Positions 15,368 through 23,664 of a DNA stretch of 32,000 nucleotides are shown one piece after another; the first letter of the stretch is position 1, and each line of letters opens with the position of its first letter. Made by a program: the position numbers and the translations under genes. The notes beneath the pieces were generated by a model. The model worked only from the letters and a program-made list of their open reading frames with translations. It was not told the origin of the DNA and searched no databases. Source of the DNA: Trichlorobacter lovleyi SZ (GTDB taxonomy: Bacteria; Desulfobacterota; Desulfuromonadia; Geobacterales; Pseudopelobacteraceae); NCBI RefSeq assembly GCF_000020385.1, contig NC_010814.1:1170001-1202000 (forward strand). Direction: 5' to 3'.

Positions 15368-16630
15368 TTACACCACCTGTCTGATCGAAATAACCTTCGC
15401 CCCGGCCTTTAATCCGTCCAGGTAGTCAGCCCATTGCTGCATCATCTGACGCCGATCTTTAAGGAAAGAGGTTCGATTGTAGGCCCTGCCGTTTGCATCC
15501 CTTACCGCGTGGGCTAGCTGGTGTTCAATTATGTCAGGCCGGAACCCTAATACTTCATCCAGAATGGTTCGGGCGGTTGCCCTGAATCCGTGACCGGTCA
15601 TTTCGCTTCCGGTATACCCAAGACGGCGCAAGGCTGCAGTAATGGCGTTTTCACTCATAGGTCGTAATGGGGTGCGGTGGCAGGGGAAAACATATTTGCT
15701 GTGTCCAGTCAGGGGGTGCAGCTCTCGAAGTATCTGGACGGCTTGAGAGGAGAGGGGGACAAGGTGGAACTGCCCCTTGCGGTCTTGCTTGGTCTGGTTC
15801 TTCAGCTTCATTCTTTCAACGGGTATGTTCCATTCGGCAGAATCAAGGTTAAGCTCTGCCCACTCCATGCCCCGTAGTTCCCCAGGGCGGCAGAACAGCA
15901 TAGGGGAAAGCTGTAAGGCGCACTTGACTACAAAACTTCCCTGAAAGCTGTCTATGGCTCTTAACAGGGGGGCAACTTCTTTCGGGTCTGTCAGTGCCCC
16001 GAAGTGCTTTGCTCTTGCCGGGGGTAATGCTCCCCTTAAGTCTGCTGTACAATCACGGTCTGCCCGGTGTCCGTGGGCTATGGCGTAGCGTAATACCTGG
16101 CTGATGATCGTCTTTACCCGGTGAGCGGTCTCAAGTATCCCTCGTGATTCAATCCGTTTCAGAACCTTCAGCACGTCCGGGGCCTTAATCTCTTCAATCG
16201 GCATTGCCCCGATATAGGGGAACAGTTCCCTTTCCAGCCGGCTAAAGAGCTTGGTGGCGTGGCCGGGAGTCCATTGGTTCTGAAAGGCTCCAAACCATTC
16301 CCGTGCTATTACCTCAAAACTGTTTGCTGTCCTGTCTTCACCGGCTTGCTTTTGTGCCTTCTTTAGATTTCCCGGATCAGTACCGTTTGCGACGAGCTTC
16401 CGGGCTTCCTCTTTCCGCCTTCTTGCATCTGCCAAAGAGATCTCAGGATAAGATCCAAATGCAATCCGGCGCTCTTTACCTTCAAAGCGGTATTTCATCC
16501 GCCAGAGTTTGCCGCCTGTTGATGTAACGAGTAGGTAGAGGCCGCCACCGTCAAATAGATTGTAGTCTTTGTCTTTGGGTTTGGCCTTGGAAACTTGAAT
16601 GTCGGAGAGGGGTACAATCCTTTTAGGCAT
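15368..16630 (-). CDS. int: Tyrosine integrase, P4-type (N-terminal DUF4102-like arm-binding domain plus catalytic domain)
   Basis: MPKRIVPLSDIQVSKAKPKDKDYNLFDGGGLYLLVTSTGGKLWRMKYRFEGKERRIAFGSYPEISLADAR... and the C-terminal HGFRATARTIL...HQLAH...AYNR. I use the ATG at 16630, which has a GGAGGA SD. The track's upstream extension to 16741 crosses the promoter repeats. Confidence 0.9.
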   Translation of the reverse strand: MPKRIVPLSDIQVSKAKPKDKDYNLFDGGGLYLLVTSTGGKLWRMKYRFEGKERRIAFGSYPEISLADARRRKEEARKLVANGTDPGNLKKAQKQAGEDRTANSFEVIAREWFGAFQNQWTPGHATKLFSRLERELFPYIGAMPIEEIKAPDVLKVLKRIESRGILETAHRVKTIISQVLRYAIAHGHRADRDCTADLRGALPPARAKHFGALTDPKEVAPLLRAIDSFQGSFVVKCALQLSPMLFCRPGELRGMEWAELNLDSAEWNIPVERMKLKNQTKQDRKGQFHLVPLSSQAVQILRELHPLTGHSKYVFPCHRTPLRPMSENAITAALRRLGYTGSEMTGHGFRATARTILDEVLGFRPDIIEHQLAHAVRDANGRAYNRTSFLKDRRQMMQQWADYLDGLKAGAKVISIRQVV

Positions 16631-16644
16631 GGCGCTTTCCTCCG

Positions 16645-16700
16645 TTTTGGGGATACCCAAAATGCTATGGGGATATTTTGCTGAAAATATATCCCCAAAA
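16645..16700. repeat. Cluster of ATCCCCAAAA-type sites in both orientations upstream of int
   Basis: TTTTGGGGAT lies at 16645-16654 (inverted), ATACCCAAAA at 16653-16662 (1 mismatch) and ATCCCCAAAA at 16691-16700 (exact). There is also the palindrome-like GGGGATATTTTGCTGAAAATATATCCCC. Confidence 0.4.
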
Positions 16701-16744
16701 AACGTGGATTCAAGCATATCAATATAGACTTGTATGGACAATAT

Positions 16745-16775
16745 AAAAGAAAAAGCCCTTGAATTTTCAAGGGCT
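16745..16775 (-). terminator. Rho-independent terminator downstream of tRNA-Met
   Basis: AGCCCTTG-loop-CAAGGGCT, followed on the minus strand by TTTTTCTTTT. Confidence 0.6.
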
Positions 16776-16809
16776 TTTGGTCTTGTCTGGACTATCCCAG
16801 ACTGTCTAA

Positions 16810-16886
16810 TGGTGGCTGCTCAGGGACTCGAACCCCGGACCTCACACGTATGAAGCGTATGCTCTAGCCAGCTGAGCTAAGCAGCC
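16810..16886 (-). tRNA. tRNA with anticodon CAT (elongator Met, or Ile2 if lysidine-modified)
   Basis: The reverse complement folds by hand as a 77-nt cloverleaf. The 7-bp acceptor is GGCTGCT/AGCAGCC and the D-arm is GCTC...GAGC. The anticodon stem is TACGC/GTGTG with loop TTCATAC. The T-arm is CGGGG-TTCGAGT-CCCTG, with discriminator A and an encoded CCA. Confidence 0.9.
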
Positions 16887-16931
16887 ATTTGAAAACGCCC
16901 CTTCGGTAGACCAAAGAGGCGGTTGGTGATT

Positions 16932-17008
<77 letters not shown>

Positions 17009-17023
17009 ACGTGAGGAATTGAA

Positions 17024-17053
17024 GTTATAGCAGGAACGGCAAGGTGAAGTCAA
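17024..17053 (-). promoter_or_regulatory. Sigma70-like promoter for the tRNA pair
   Basis: The minus strand reads TTGACT (17053-17048), an 18-nt spacer, then TATAAC (17029-17024), with an AT-rich UP-like tract upstream. The -10 element ends about 15 nt before the tRNA-fMet 5' end. Confidence 0.45.
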
Positions 17054-17066
17054 TATAAAATTTTAC

Positions 17067-17801
17067 TTATTCCTGATCGGGCAGCACTTTTGCGCCGCCG
17101 CCTACCCGGCTGGCGATCTCGGATGCGGCTTCTTTATCAAGGTGGCGGCCGATACGGACGCGGTACCAGGTGCCTTTATCGTTCAGATTGGTTTCTGCAA
17201 CCGTGGCGCTGTAGCCCTTGGCAGCAAGTTTTGCCTTGGCGCTTTCTGCCTCCTTTGCGTTGGTGAAGGAGGCTACCTGGACCAGAAAACCGGAGCCTGC
17301 AGTCTTGCTGTCGGGCGCTTTGGCTGCAGCTCCTGCTGCCTGAGGTGGTTGCGGGGCAGAGGGGGCTGCAGGTTTTGGTTTTTCATTGATACCGCTGCCA
17401 AGCACTGTCTGCTTTTGACCTTTGGGCAGACTTTCAAAGAAGGAAAGCGGTACCTGCCCAGAGGGTGATGCCTGTTGAGCTGTTTGTCCTGTTGCTGTCA
17501 CAGTGGGTGGTGTCGCACTGGCCTGGGGCGGTTGTTGTGCCGGTTGATCCGCCGGTTTTTTTCCGTCCTTTAAAGTGGACTCAAGGCTCTGTTGCTCCAT
17601 GGCGGCCCTGAATGCCTTTTTGGTGGCTTTTTGTGAAAAAAACCAGCCGGTGCCAAAACCGGTGAAAAATATGACTCCTGCAAGAATGCACCATAACAGC
17701 AGGCTGCCGGAGGATGATCTGTCTGCCTTGCGTGGACTGCCGCCACTGCTTGAACTGCTGGAGCCGTAGGATTGCCGTGGCTCACTATAGTCGATCCGCA
17801 T
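17067..17801 (-). CDS. SPOR-domain protein (N-terminal TM, Pro/Ala/Gln-rich linker, C-terminal SPOR)
   Basis: The TM is LLLWCILAGVIFFTGFGTGWFF. The C-terminal SPOR signature is GFLVQVASFTNAKEAESAKAKLAAKGYSATVAE...GTWYRVRIGRH. Confidence 0.85.
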   Translation of the reverse strand: MRIDYSEPRQSYGSSSSSSGGSPRKADRSSSGSLLLWCILAGVIFFTGFGTGWFFSQKATKKAFRAAMEQQSLESTLKDGKKPADQPAQQPPQASATPPTVTATGQTAQQASPSGQVPLSFFESLPKGQKQTVLGSGINEKPKPAAPSAPQPPQAAGAAAKAPDSKTAGSGFLVQVASFTNAKEAESAKAKLAAKGYSATVAETNLNDKGTWYRVRIGRHLDKEAASEIASRVGGGAKVLPDQE

Positions 17802-17811
17802 GGCTGACCTC

Positions 17812-19506
17812 CTACATCTTTTCCGGGGCTGATACGCCCAGCAGGGTGAGGGCGTTTTGTATAACCTGCCTGGTGCGGGCCAACAGGTAGAGTCGTGCGA
17901 TACTCAGTGAGGTGTCTTCCGTCACTACCTTGGACTTGTTGTAATAGCTGTGGAACTGGCCTGCCAGTTCGGTCAGGTAATAGACGATCTTGTGCGGTTC
18001 AAACTCCTGTGCCGCGTCATCAACGGTTTCCGGCAGGCTTTCAAGCCACTTGATCAGACGCAGTTCTTCAGGGGTCTCAAGTTGAGCGAGAACAGCTGCG
18101 TCTGGCGTCTGATCAGGCAGGTGGATGCCTTTGTCTGCCGCATTCTCAAAGATGCTGCAGATACGGGCATGGGCATACTGGATATAGTAGACCGGGTTGT
18201 CCAGTGATTGCTGTTTGGCAAGGTCTATGTCAAAGACCAGTTGCGAGTCGGGCTTACGCATTACAAAGAAGAAGCGGGTGGCGTCACGACCGACCTCGTC
18301 GATCAGATCCCGCAGGGTGACATAGCTGCCGGCCCGCTTGGAGATCTTGACCTCTTCGCCACCCCGCATGACGGTGACCATCTGATGCAGGACGTATTCC
18401 GGCCAGCCCTTGGGAATACCGGCGTTCAGGGCCTGCAGGCCGGCCCGCACCCGGGTGATGGTACTGTGGTGGTCGGCTCCCTGCTCATTGACGACCCGCA
18501 GGAAGCCGCGCTGCCATTTGTCCAGATGGTAGGCCACATCCGGTACGAAATAGGTGTAGCCGCCGTCGGTCTTGCGCATGACCCGGTCCTTGTCATCACC
18601 AAAATCGGTGGTGCGCAGCCAGAGTGCTCCCTCCTGCTCATAGGTGTGACCATTGGCAATCATCTGCTGCACTGCTGCCTCCACCTTGCCGTCAGAGTAG
18701 AGGCTTGATTCGAGGAAGTAGTGGTCAAAGCGGACATCAAAGGCCTGCAGATCCTGATCCTGTTCCCTGCGCAGGGCTGCAACGGCAAAACGCCGGATGG
18801 CATCCAGATCGTCCGGGTCGCCGCTGGCAGTGACCTGCTGGTCTCCGGCAACAACGGTCTCCCCGGCAAGGTAGGCCGTTGCCACCTCTTTGATGTACTC
18901 TCCCTGGTAGCCATCTGCAGGCCAGCGCGGGTCGTCGGTTTCAATCCCGAGGCAGCGGGCCTGGACCGACAGGGCCAGGTTGCTGATCTGGGCACCGGCG
19001 TCGTTGTAATAAAATTCACGGGTGACCTGCCAGCCGGTTGCAGCCAGCAGGCGGCAGAGCACATCACCGATGGCAGCACCCCGACCATGGCCGATATGGA
19101 GTGGCCCGGTGGGGTTGGCACTGACAAACTCAACCTGCGCCTTGCGACCGGCGCCGCTGTCCGTGGTGCCGTAGGCCGGGCCGGCCTGTTCAATCAGTGG
19201 CAGGCACTGTTGCCAGGCAGACGGAGCAATAAAAAAGTTGATGAAGCCCGGACCGGCTATTTCAGCCCGGCGAATCAGTCCGTCAGTGTCCTGGAGGTGC
19301 AGCAGTACACTTTCAGCCACCTGGCGGGGGGACTTGCGTTCCGGTTTTGCCAGTTGCAGGGCGATGTTGCAGGCAAAATCACCGTGGGCTTCCTGGGCAG
19401 GGGTGCCGATAACGACATCAGGGAACAGTTCTGAACAAAGGACGCCTGCATTGCGGGCAGAGGCAAGGGCTTGGGTTACCAGTACAGCAAGTTTCTGACG
19501 GATCAT
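17812..19506 (-). CDS. argS: Arginine--tRNA ligase
   Basis: The 564-aa ORF has the class I HIGH motif ([14 protein letters not shown]) and typical ArgS N- and C-terminal domains. Confidence 0.95.
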   Translation of the reverse strand: MIRQKLAVLVTQALASARNAGVLCSELFPDVVIGTPAQEAHGDFACNIALQLAKPERKSPRQVAESVLLHLQDTDGLIRRAEIAGPGFINFFIAPSAWQQCLPLIEQAGPAYGTTDSGAGRKAQVEFVSANPTGPLHIGHGRGAAIGDVLCRLLAATGWQVTREFYYNDAGAQISNLALSVQARCLGIETDDPRWPADGYQGEYIKEVATAYLAGETVVAGDQQVTASGDPDDLDAIRRFAVAALRREQDQDLQAFDVRFDHYFLESSLYSDGKVEAAVQQMIANGHTYEQEGALWLRTTDFGDDKDRVMRKTDGGYTYFVPDVAYHLDKWQRGFLRVVNEQGADHHSTITRVRAGLQALNAGIPKGWPEYVLHQMVTVMRGGEEVKISKRAGSYVTLRDLIDEVGRDATRFFFVMRKPDSQLVFDIDLAKQQSLDNPVYYIQYAHARICSIFENAADKGIHLPDQTPDAAVLAQLETPEELRLIKWLESLPETVDDAAQEFEPHKIVYYLTELAGQFHSYYNKSKVVTEDTSLSIARLYLLARTRQVIQNALTLLGVSAPEKM

Positions 19507-19679
19507 TGTTGGGGAGGTTCCTTGGAAGAATCATTGGTCGCAGGCAGCTCGGCAGTGTCCTGATCTTTTATGGTGATATCCCGTGAAAAATCGGGGCAGC
19601 GGGCACCGCTGTCCGAGACGGAAAAACGTTTTGCACAGGTTGCGCGCCAGGCACAGATAATACAGTTTTGTCGTTGCAT
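19503..19679 (-). CDS. Small Cys-rich hypothetical protein (58 aa), below the ORF-track size cutoff
   Basis: Hand translation gives [58 protein letters not shown]. Its TGA overlaps the argS ATG (ATGA). A GAGG lies about 10 nt upstream of its ATG, and it starts 12 nt after the ftsB stop. Confidence 0.45.
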   Translation of the reverse strand: MQRQNCIICAWRATCAKRFSVSDSGARCPDFSRDITIKDQDTAELPATNDSSKEPPQQ

Positions 19680-19691
19680 GGGGTCGTTGCC

Positions 19692-19991
19692 TCACTTGCT
19701 CCCGGACGGCGGAAACTGATAGATGACTTCATTGGGGCGGACCAGCCCCAGCTCTTTACGGGCAATCCGCTCAAGCTGATGACGGTCACTGCGCAATGCC
19801 TCGATTGAAGAACGCAGCTTCTGGTTTTCGATACGCAGGTCAGCCACAGTATGTTCAATGCGCTGTTTTTCCTGCCTCATTTCGTAAATGCGCAAAAGAC
19901 CGCGTTCGCCGAATACCGTGAAAAACAGGATAAAGGCAAGGCAGATGGCTGGGATCAGCCAGGTGCGGCGTGTGATGCGGATTCCGGTCAT
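19692..19991 (-). CDS. ftsB: Cell division protein FtsB/DivIC family (septum formation initiator)
   Basis: A TM segment (WLIPAICLAFILFFTVF) is followed by a coiled coil and ...ERIARKELGLVRPNEVIYQF. I use the ATG at 19991. Confidence 0.8.
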   Translation of the reverse strand: MTGIRITRRTWLIPAICLAFILFFTVFGERGLLRIYEMRQEKQRIEHTVADLRIENQKLRSSIEALRSDRHQLERIARKELGLVRPNEVIYQFPPSGSK

Positions 19992-19992
19992 A

Positions 19993-20931
19993 TCAACCCC
20001 TGTTACAGCGTGCTGCAAAGTAGTCCGCTGTGGCCTTCAGGCCTGTTTCAAGGTCTATGGACGGCTGCCAACCAAGTTTCTCCTGCGCCAGGGTGATGTC
20101 CGGTCTGCGTTGTTTCGGGTCATCCTGAGGCAGCGGTTTGTATATTATCTTTGATTTTGAGCCGGTTATTGTAATGATTTTTTCAGCAAATTCAAGGATG
20201 GTGTTTTCAACCGGGTTCCCCAGATTGACCGGGCCGATGAAGTCCTGCTCATTTTCCATCATCCTGATCATGCCGTCGATCAGGTCGCTGACGTAGCAGA
20301 AGGAGCGGGTCTGCCTGCCTTCGCCGAAGACCGTAATGTCTTCGTTTTTCAGGGCCTGCAGCATGAAGTTGGATACCACCCTGCCGTCGTTTTCCGCCAT
20401 GCGGGGGCCGTAGGTGTTGAAGATCCTGATGATACGGATATCAACCTTGTTCTGGCGATGGTAGTCCATCATCAGGGTCTCGGCTACCCGCTTGCCTTCA
20501 TCGTAGCAGCTGCGAATACCGATCGGGTTGACGTTGCCCCAGTATTCCTCCTTCTGGGGGTGGACCTGGGGATCACCGTAGACCTCCGAGGTAGAGGCCT
20601 GCAGGATACGGGCCTTGACCCGTTTTGCCATCCCCAGCATGTTGATCATCCCCATCACGCTGGTCTTGACGGTCTTGACCGGGTTGTACTGGTAGTGCAC
20701 CGGCGAAGCGGGACAGGCCAGATTGTAGATCCGGTCCACCTCCAGCAGGATCGGTTCCACGATGTCGTGACGGATCAGCTCAAAGCGATGGTTGTCCATC
20801 AGGTGGATGATGTTGTCTTTGCTGCCGGTAAAGAGGTTGTCCAGGCAGATGACGTCATTGCCTTCATTGAGCAGCCGCTCACAGAGGTGACTGCCCAGAA
20901 AGCCCGCGCCGCCGGTGACGAGAATACGCAT
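19993..20931 (-). CDS. uxs: UDP-glucuronate decarboxylase (UDP-xylose synthase; SDR family)
   Basis: [21 protein letters not shown]..., catalytic YDEGKR, and full-length similarity to UXS/ArnA-C-type decarboxylases. It lies close to ugd. Confidence 0.9.
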   Translation of the reverse strand: MRILVTGGAGFLGSHLCERLLNEGNDVICLDNLFTGSKDNIIHLMDNHRFELIRHDIVEPILLEVDRIYNLACPASPVHYQYNPVKTVKTSVMGMINMLGMAKRVKARILQASTSEVYGDPQVHPQKEEYWGNVNPIGIRSCYDEGKRVAETLMMDYHRQNKVDIRIIRIFNTYGPRMAENDGRVVSNFMLQALKNEDITVFGEGRQTRSFCYVSDLIDGMIRMMENEQDFIGPVNLGNPVENTILEFAEKIITITGSKSKIIYKPLPQDDPKQRRPDITLAQEKLGWQPSIDLETGLKATADYFAARCNRG

Positions 20932-20953
20932 AATTCAAAACCTTTCTAGCAAT

Positions 20954-21046
20954 AACAGGGATACAAGGGATGGAGGGGATACACAATCTGTATGAAGTTT
21001 ACCCTCTAAGTTAAAACAAATCTCCTCTATTCCCTCTATCCCTGTT
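20954..21046. repeat. Imperfect inverted pair of 9-bp-periodic GGGAT/ATCCC pentamer arrays spanning the 3' end of the GxxExxY gene
   Basis: GGGAT lies at 20958, 20967 and 20976. The mirrored ATCTCC, ATTCCC and ATCCC lie at 21020, 21029 and 21038. AACAGGGAT (20954-20962) is the exact reverse complement of ATCCCTGTT (21038-21046). Confidence 0.5.
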
Positions 21047-21412
21047 GAATTTATTGTCAAACCGTCTGTATTCAAGTCGTGGCATGCCAAAATTAATCAA
21101 CAATCCAACTGGTAGTCCTGATGCCTTTAAATAATTTAAAAGTTGGGCTTGGTGTTCTGGTAACAGACTTTTTACCGCTTTCAACTCCAATATCACGGTT
21201 TTGTTAACAATAATGTCCGCATAAAAACATCCAACATTTTCGTTGCGGAATGAAACTGTCAGCTGGTGCTGATTTTCAGCTTCAAGCTCCTTGTCTTTCA
21301 AGGCAATCATCAGCGCCTTTTCATAAACCGACTCAACAAAACCGACTCCTAGTTCATTGCTTACTTCAAAACAGGCCGCCAGAATAGCTTCAGTCAGTTC
21401 AGACAATATCAT
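21011..21412 (-). CDS. GxxExxY protein (PD-(D/E)XK-superfamily, TIGR04256-like)
   Basis: The 133-aa ORF has the motif GVGFVESVYEKAL and a conserved ...VILELKAVKSL...HQAQLLNYLKASGLPVGLLINFG core. It is AT-rich relative to both neighbours. Confidence 0.85.
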   Translation of the reverse strand: MILSELTEAILAACFEVSNELGVGFVESVYEKALMIALKDKELEAENQHQLTVSFRNENVGCFYADIIVNKTVILELKAVKSLLPEHQAQLLNYLKASGLPVGLLINFGMPRLEYRRFDNKFNRDRGNRGDLF

Positions 21413-21418
21413 TGAACT

Positions 21419-21445
21419 ATCCCTTAAATCCCTTTCATCCCTGTT
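21419..21445 (+). repeat. Three ATCCC pentamers at exact 9-bp spacing, ending in ATCCCTGTT
   Basis: ATCCC lies at 21419, 21428 and 21437. ATCCCTGTT at 21437-21445 duplicates 21038-21046. The array fills the gap between the ugd stop and the GxxExxY start. Confidence 0.5.
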
Positions 21446-22803
21446 TAGTTTGTTTCAGAGATGCCGTTACCGGCCCTGCCGAGCGGGATGTAGCGGATCT
21501 CCATCTCCTGCATCCGGTCCAGTTTGTAGAGGTTGCGGCCATCAACAATCAGGGGTTGTTTCAGCAGACCCTTGATCCGCTCAAAGTCGGGATTGCGGTA
21601 TTCGTGCCAGTCGGTGATAACCGTCAGGGCGTCGGCATTGTTCAGGATGTCGTACTGGTTGCTGCTGTACTCGATCCGGTCGCCGAACAGCTTCTTTGCC
21701 TCTGTCAGCGCTTCCGGGTCGTGGGCCCGCACAACGGCCCCGGCAGCCAGCAGACGTTCGATGATGGTCAGTGATGGCGCTTCGCGCATATCATCGGTAC
21801 GGGGTTTGAAGGAAAGCCCCCAGCAGGCGATGGTACGACCGGCCAACGGTCCTTCCTTGTCGCCGGAACCCAGGGCCTTGATCAGTTTGTCAGCCAGAAC
21901 CTCTTTCTGGCGCTCATTGGCTTCTTCCACTGCCTTGAGCAGCAGGAAATCGTAGTTGCATTCTTCGGCCGTGCGGATCAGGGCCTTGACGTCCTTGGGA
22001 AAGCAGGAACCGCCGTAACCGGGACCGGGGAAGAGGAAGTCGTAGCCGATGCGGGAGTCTGAACCGATCCCTTCCCTGACAGCCGCTACATCGGCCCCCA
22101 TCCGTTCGCAGAGGTTGGCGATCTGGTTCATGAAGGAAATCCGGGTGGCCAGCATGGCGTTGGCAGCATACTTGGTCATCTCGGCGCTGCGGATATCCAT
22201 GATGATCAGCCGGTTCTGTTTGCGCATGAACGGGTCGTACAGTTCTTTCATGATCTCGGCGGTGCGGACGTTGTCGGTGCCGATCACGACCCGGTCAGGC
22301 TGCATGAAGTCGTCAATGGCGGCGCCTTCCTTGAGAAATTCCGGGTTGGAGACAACATCAAACTCCAGATGTGAGGCCCGCTTTTCAAGCTCTTCCTGTA
22401 CCGCCAGCCTGACCTTGTCAGCCGTGCCGACCGGCACGGTGGATTTGTCAACAATGATCTTGAAGCCGTTCATATGACGGCCAATGGTGCGGCCAACGGA
22501 AAGCACGTACTGCAGATCGGCGGAACCATCTTCTCCCGGCGGCGTGCCAACGGCAATGAACTGGATCAGGGACTGTTCGACCGCTTCAACCATGTCGGTG
22601 GTAAAGGAAAGACGGCCTTCAGCCTGGTTACGCAGGATCAACTCCTTCAGGCCGGGTTCATAAATCGGAATGATGCCGTTTTTCAAACCTTCAATCTTCT
22701 TCTGATCAACATCAACGGCGATAACGCTGTTGCCGCTCTCAGCAAAGCAGGCCGCAGCAACCAGGCCGACATAACCGGCACCAAATACGGAAATTTTCAT
22801 CAA
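21445..22803 (-). CDS. ugd: UDP-glucose 6-dehydrogenase
   Basis: MKISVFGAGYVGLV..., catalytic GGSCFPKDV, 452 aa. Confidence 0.95.
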   Translation of the reverse strand: MMKISVFGAGYVGLVAAACFAESGNSVIAVDVDQKKIEGLKNGIIPIYEPGLKELILRNQAEGRLSFTTDMVEAVEQSLIQFIAVGTPPGEDGSADLQYVLSVGRTIGRHMNGFKIIVDKSTVPVGTADKVRLAVQEELEKRASHLEFDVVSNPEFLKEGAAIDDFMQPDRVVIGTDNVRTAEIMKELYDPFMRKQNRLIIMDIRSAEMTKYAANAMLATRISFMNQIANLCERMGADVAAVREGIGSDSRIGYDFLFPGPGYGGSCFPKDVKALIRTAEECNYDFLLLKAVEEANERQKEVLADKLIKALGSGDKEGPLAGRTIACWGLSFKPRTDDMREAPSLTIIERLLAAGAVVRAHDPEALTEAKKLFGDRIEYSSNQYDILNNADALTVITDWHEYRNPDFERIKGLLKQPLIVDGRNLYKLDRMQEMEIRYIPLGRAGNGISETN

Positions 22804-22827
22804 AGCAGCTCCTTGCAGGGGTATATC

Positions 22828-23664
22828 TTACAGATTGGTTCTCAGCAGCAATGCCTGCGCATACAGTTCACGCCGCGGCAGGCCGGTCGCCGCCGCCACC
22901 AGGGCGGCAGTCTCTTTGACGGTGTGCCCTTTAAGCAGAGCGGCCCGCAACTGCTCTTCCGGAGAGGGTCCCTCCAGTGCTTGCGTGTTCTCGTCGGCAG
23001 GTGCGATCAGGATCACCATTTCGCCACGTTCACGTCCCTCGCGAGCCTGTTCCCGCACTTCGCGGGCCGTGCCGCGCAGGCATTCCTCATACAGCTTGGT
23101 CAGCTCCCGCGTTACCACCACCTGACGATCTCCCAGGATGTCGGCTATATCGGTCAGGGTTTCTGTAAGGCGGTGCGGGGCTTCGTACAAAACCAGTGTG
23201 CCGTGGGCGTTCAATAATCCGGCCAGGAACGACCGGCGCTTACCTTCTTTATTCGGCGGAAAGCCGGCAAAAGTGAAGGAGTCAGTGGGGAGTCCGGCTA
23301 CAGAAAGTGCCGTTATGGCGGCACAAGCTCCCGGTATCGGCGCAACTTTGATCCCCTCGACCAGGGCATCCCGCACCAATTGATAGCCCGGGTCGGAGAT
23401 GCAGGGCGTTCCGGCATCGGAGATCAGTGCCACCTGCTTGCCATCCCGCAGGGTTGCCAGGATACGTTCCCCCTTCAGGGACTGGTTGTGATCGTAGTAC
23501 GAGGTCAGCGTCGTGGTGATGCCGAAATGGGAGAGCAGCTTGCGGGAATGACGGGTGTCTTCCGCGGCGATCAGGTCAACTTCCTGGAGAATACGGACAG
23601 CCCGAAAGGTCATATCCTCCAGATTACCGATCGGTGTGGCCACAATGTAGAGGGTTCCGGTCAT
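22828..23664 (-). CDS. rsmI: 16S rRNA (cytidine1402-2'-O)-methyltransferase
   Basis: GTLYIVATPIGNLEDMTFRAVRILQEVDLIAAEDTRHS...SDAGTPCISDPG is typical RsmI. Its ATG overlaps the amiC stop by 1 nt. Confidence 0.95.
   Translation of the reverse strand: MTGTLYIVATPIGNLEDMTFRAVRILQEVDLIAAEDTRHSRKLLSHFGITTTLTSYYDHNQSLKGERILATLRDGKQVALISDAGTPCISDPGYQLVRDALVEGIKVAPIPGACAAITALSVAGLPTDSFTFAGFPPNKEGKRRSFLAGLLNAHGTLVLYEAPHRLTETLTDIADILGDRQVVVTRELTKLYEECLRGTAREVREQAREGRERGEMVILIAPADENTQALEGPSPEEQLRAALLKGHTVKETAALVAAATGLPRRELYAQALLLRTNL

Larger units (their letters stand above)
7518..16835. mobile_element. tRNA-Met-associated integrative genomic island (plasmid-like/satellite-like, about 9.3 kb)
   Basis: It is bounded by the tRNA 3' end plus an adjacent P4-type integrase on one side and the degenerate tRNA-end repeat on the other. 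Content is Rep-like, AlpA-like, a serine recombinase, two TA pairs and orphan cargo. Composition is patchy and partly AT-rich compared with the flanks. Confidence 0.75.

Noticed and set aside
16631-16741. N-terminal extensions offered by the ORF track (integrase to 16741, hisG to 5036, mutS to 27634, ftsB to 20018, recombinase to 14497, Gp49-like toxin to 13909)
   Set aside because: In each case an internal ATG with a proper SD, or an ATGA coupling, coincides with the conserved family N-terminus. The extensions run through promoters, repeats or upstream genes.
7518-16835. Interpreting the island as a prophage or an ICE
   Set aside because: I can see no terminase, portal, capsid, tail or lysis genes, and no relaxase, coupling protein or T4SS genes. 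The size and content fit a small integrative plasmid-like or satellite-like element instead.
16810-16886. Alternative fold of the tRNA giving anticodon TCA (a possible tRNA-Sec, tempting because of the selenoprotein)
   Set aside because: That register puts T at position 37 and shifts the D-arm. The molecule is 77 nt with a 7-bp acceptor stem and a 5-nt variable loop, not the long-arm 8+5 structure of selC. The CAT register gives canonical U33 and A37.
19568-19858. 96-aa minus-strand ORF overlapping ftsB and the small Cys ORF
   Set aside because: It is out of frame with the recognisable FtsB sequence, has no plausible start context, and overlaps two better-supported coupled genes.
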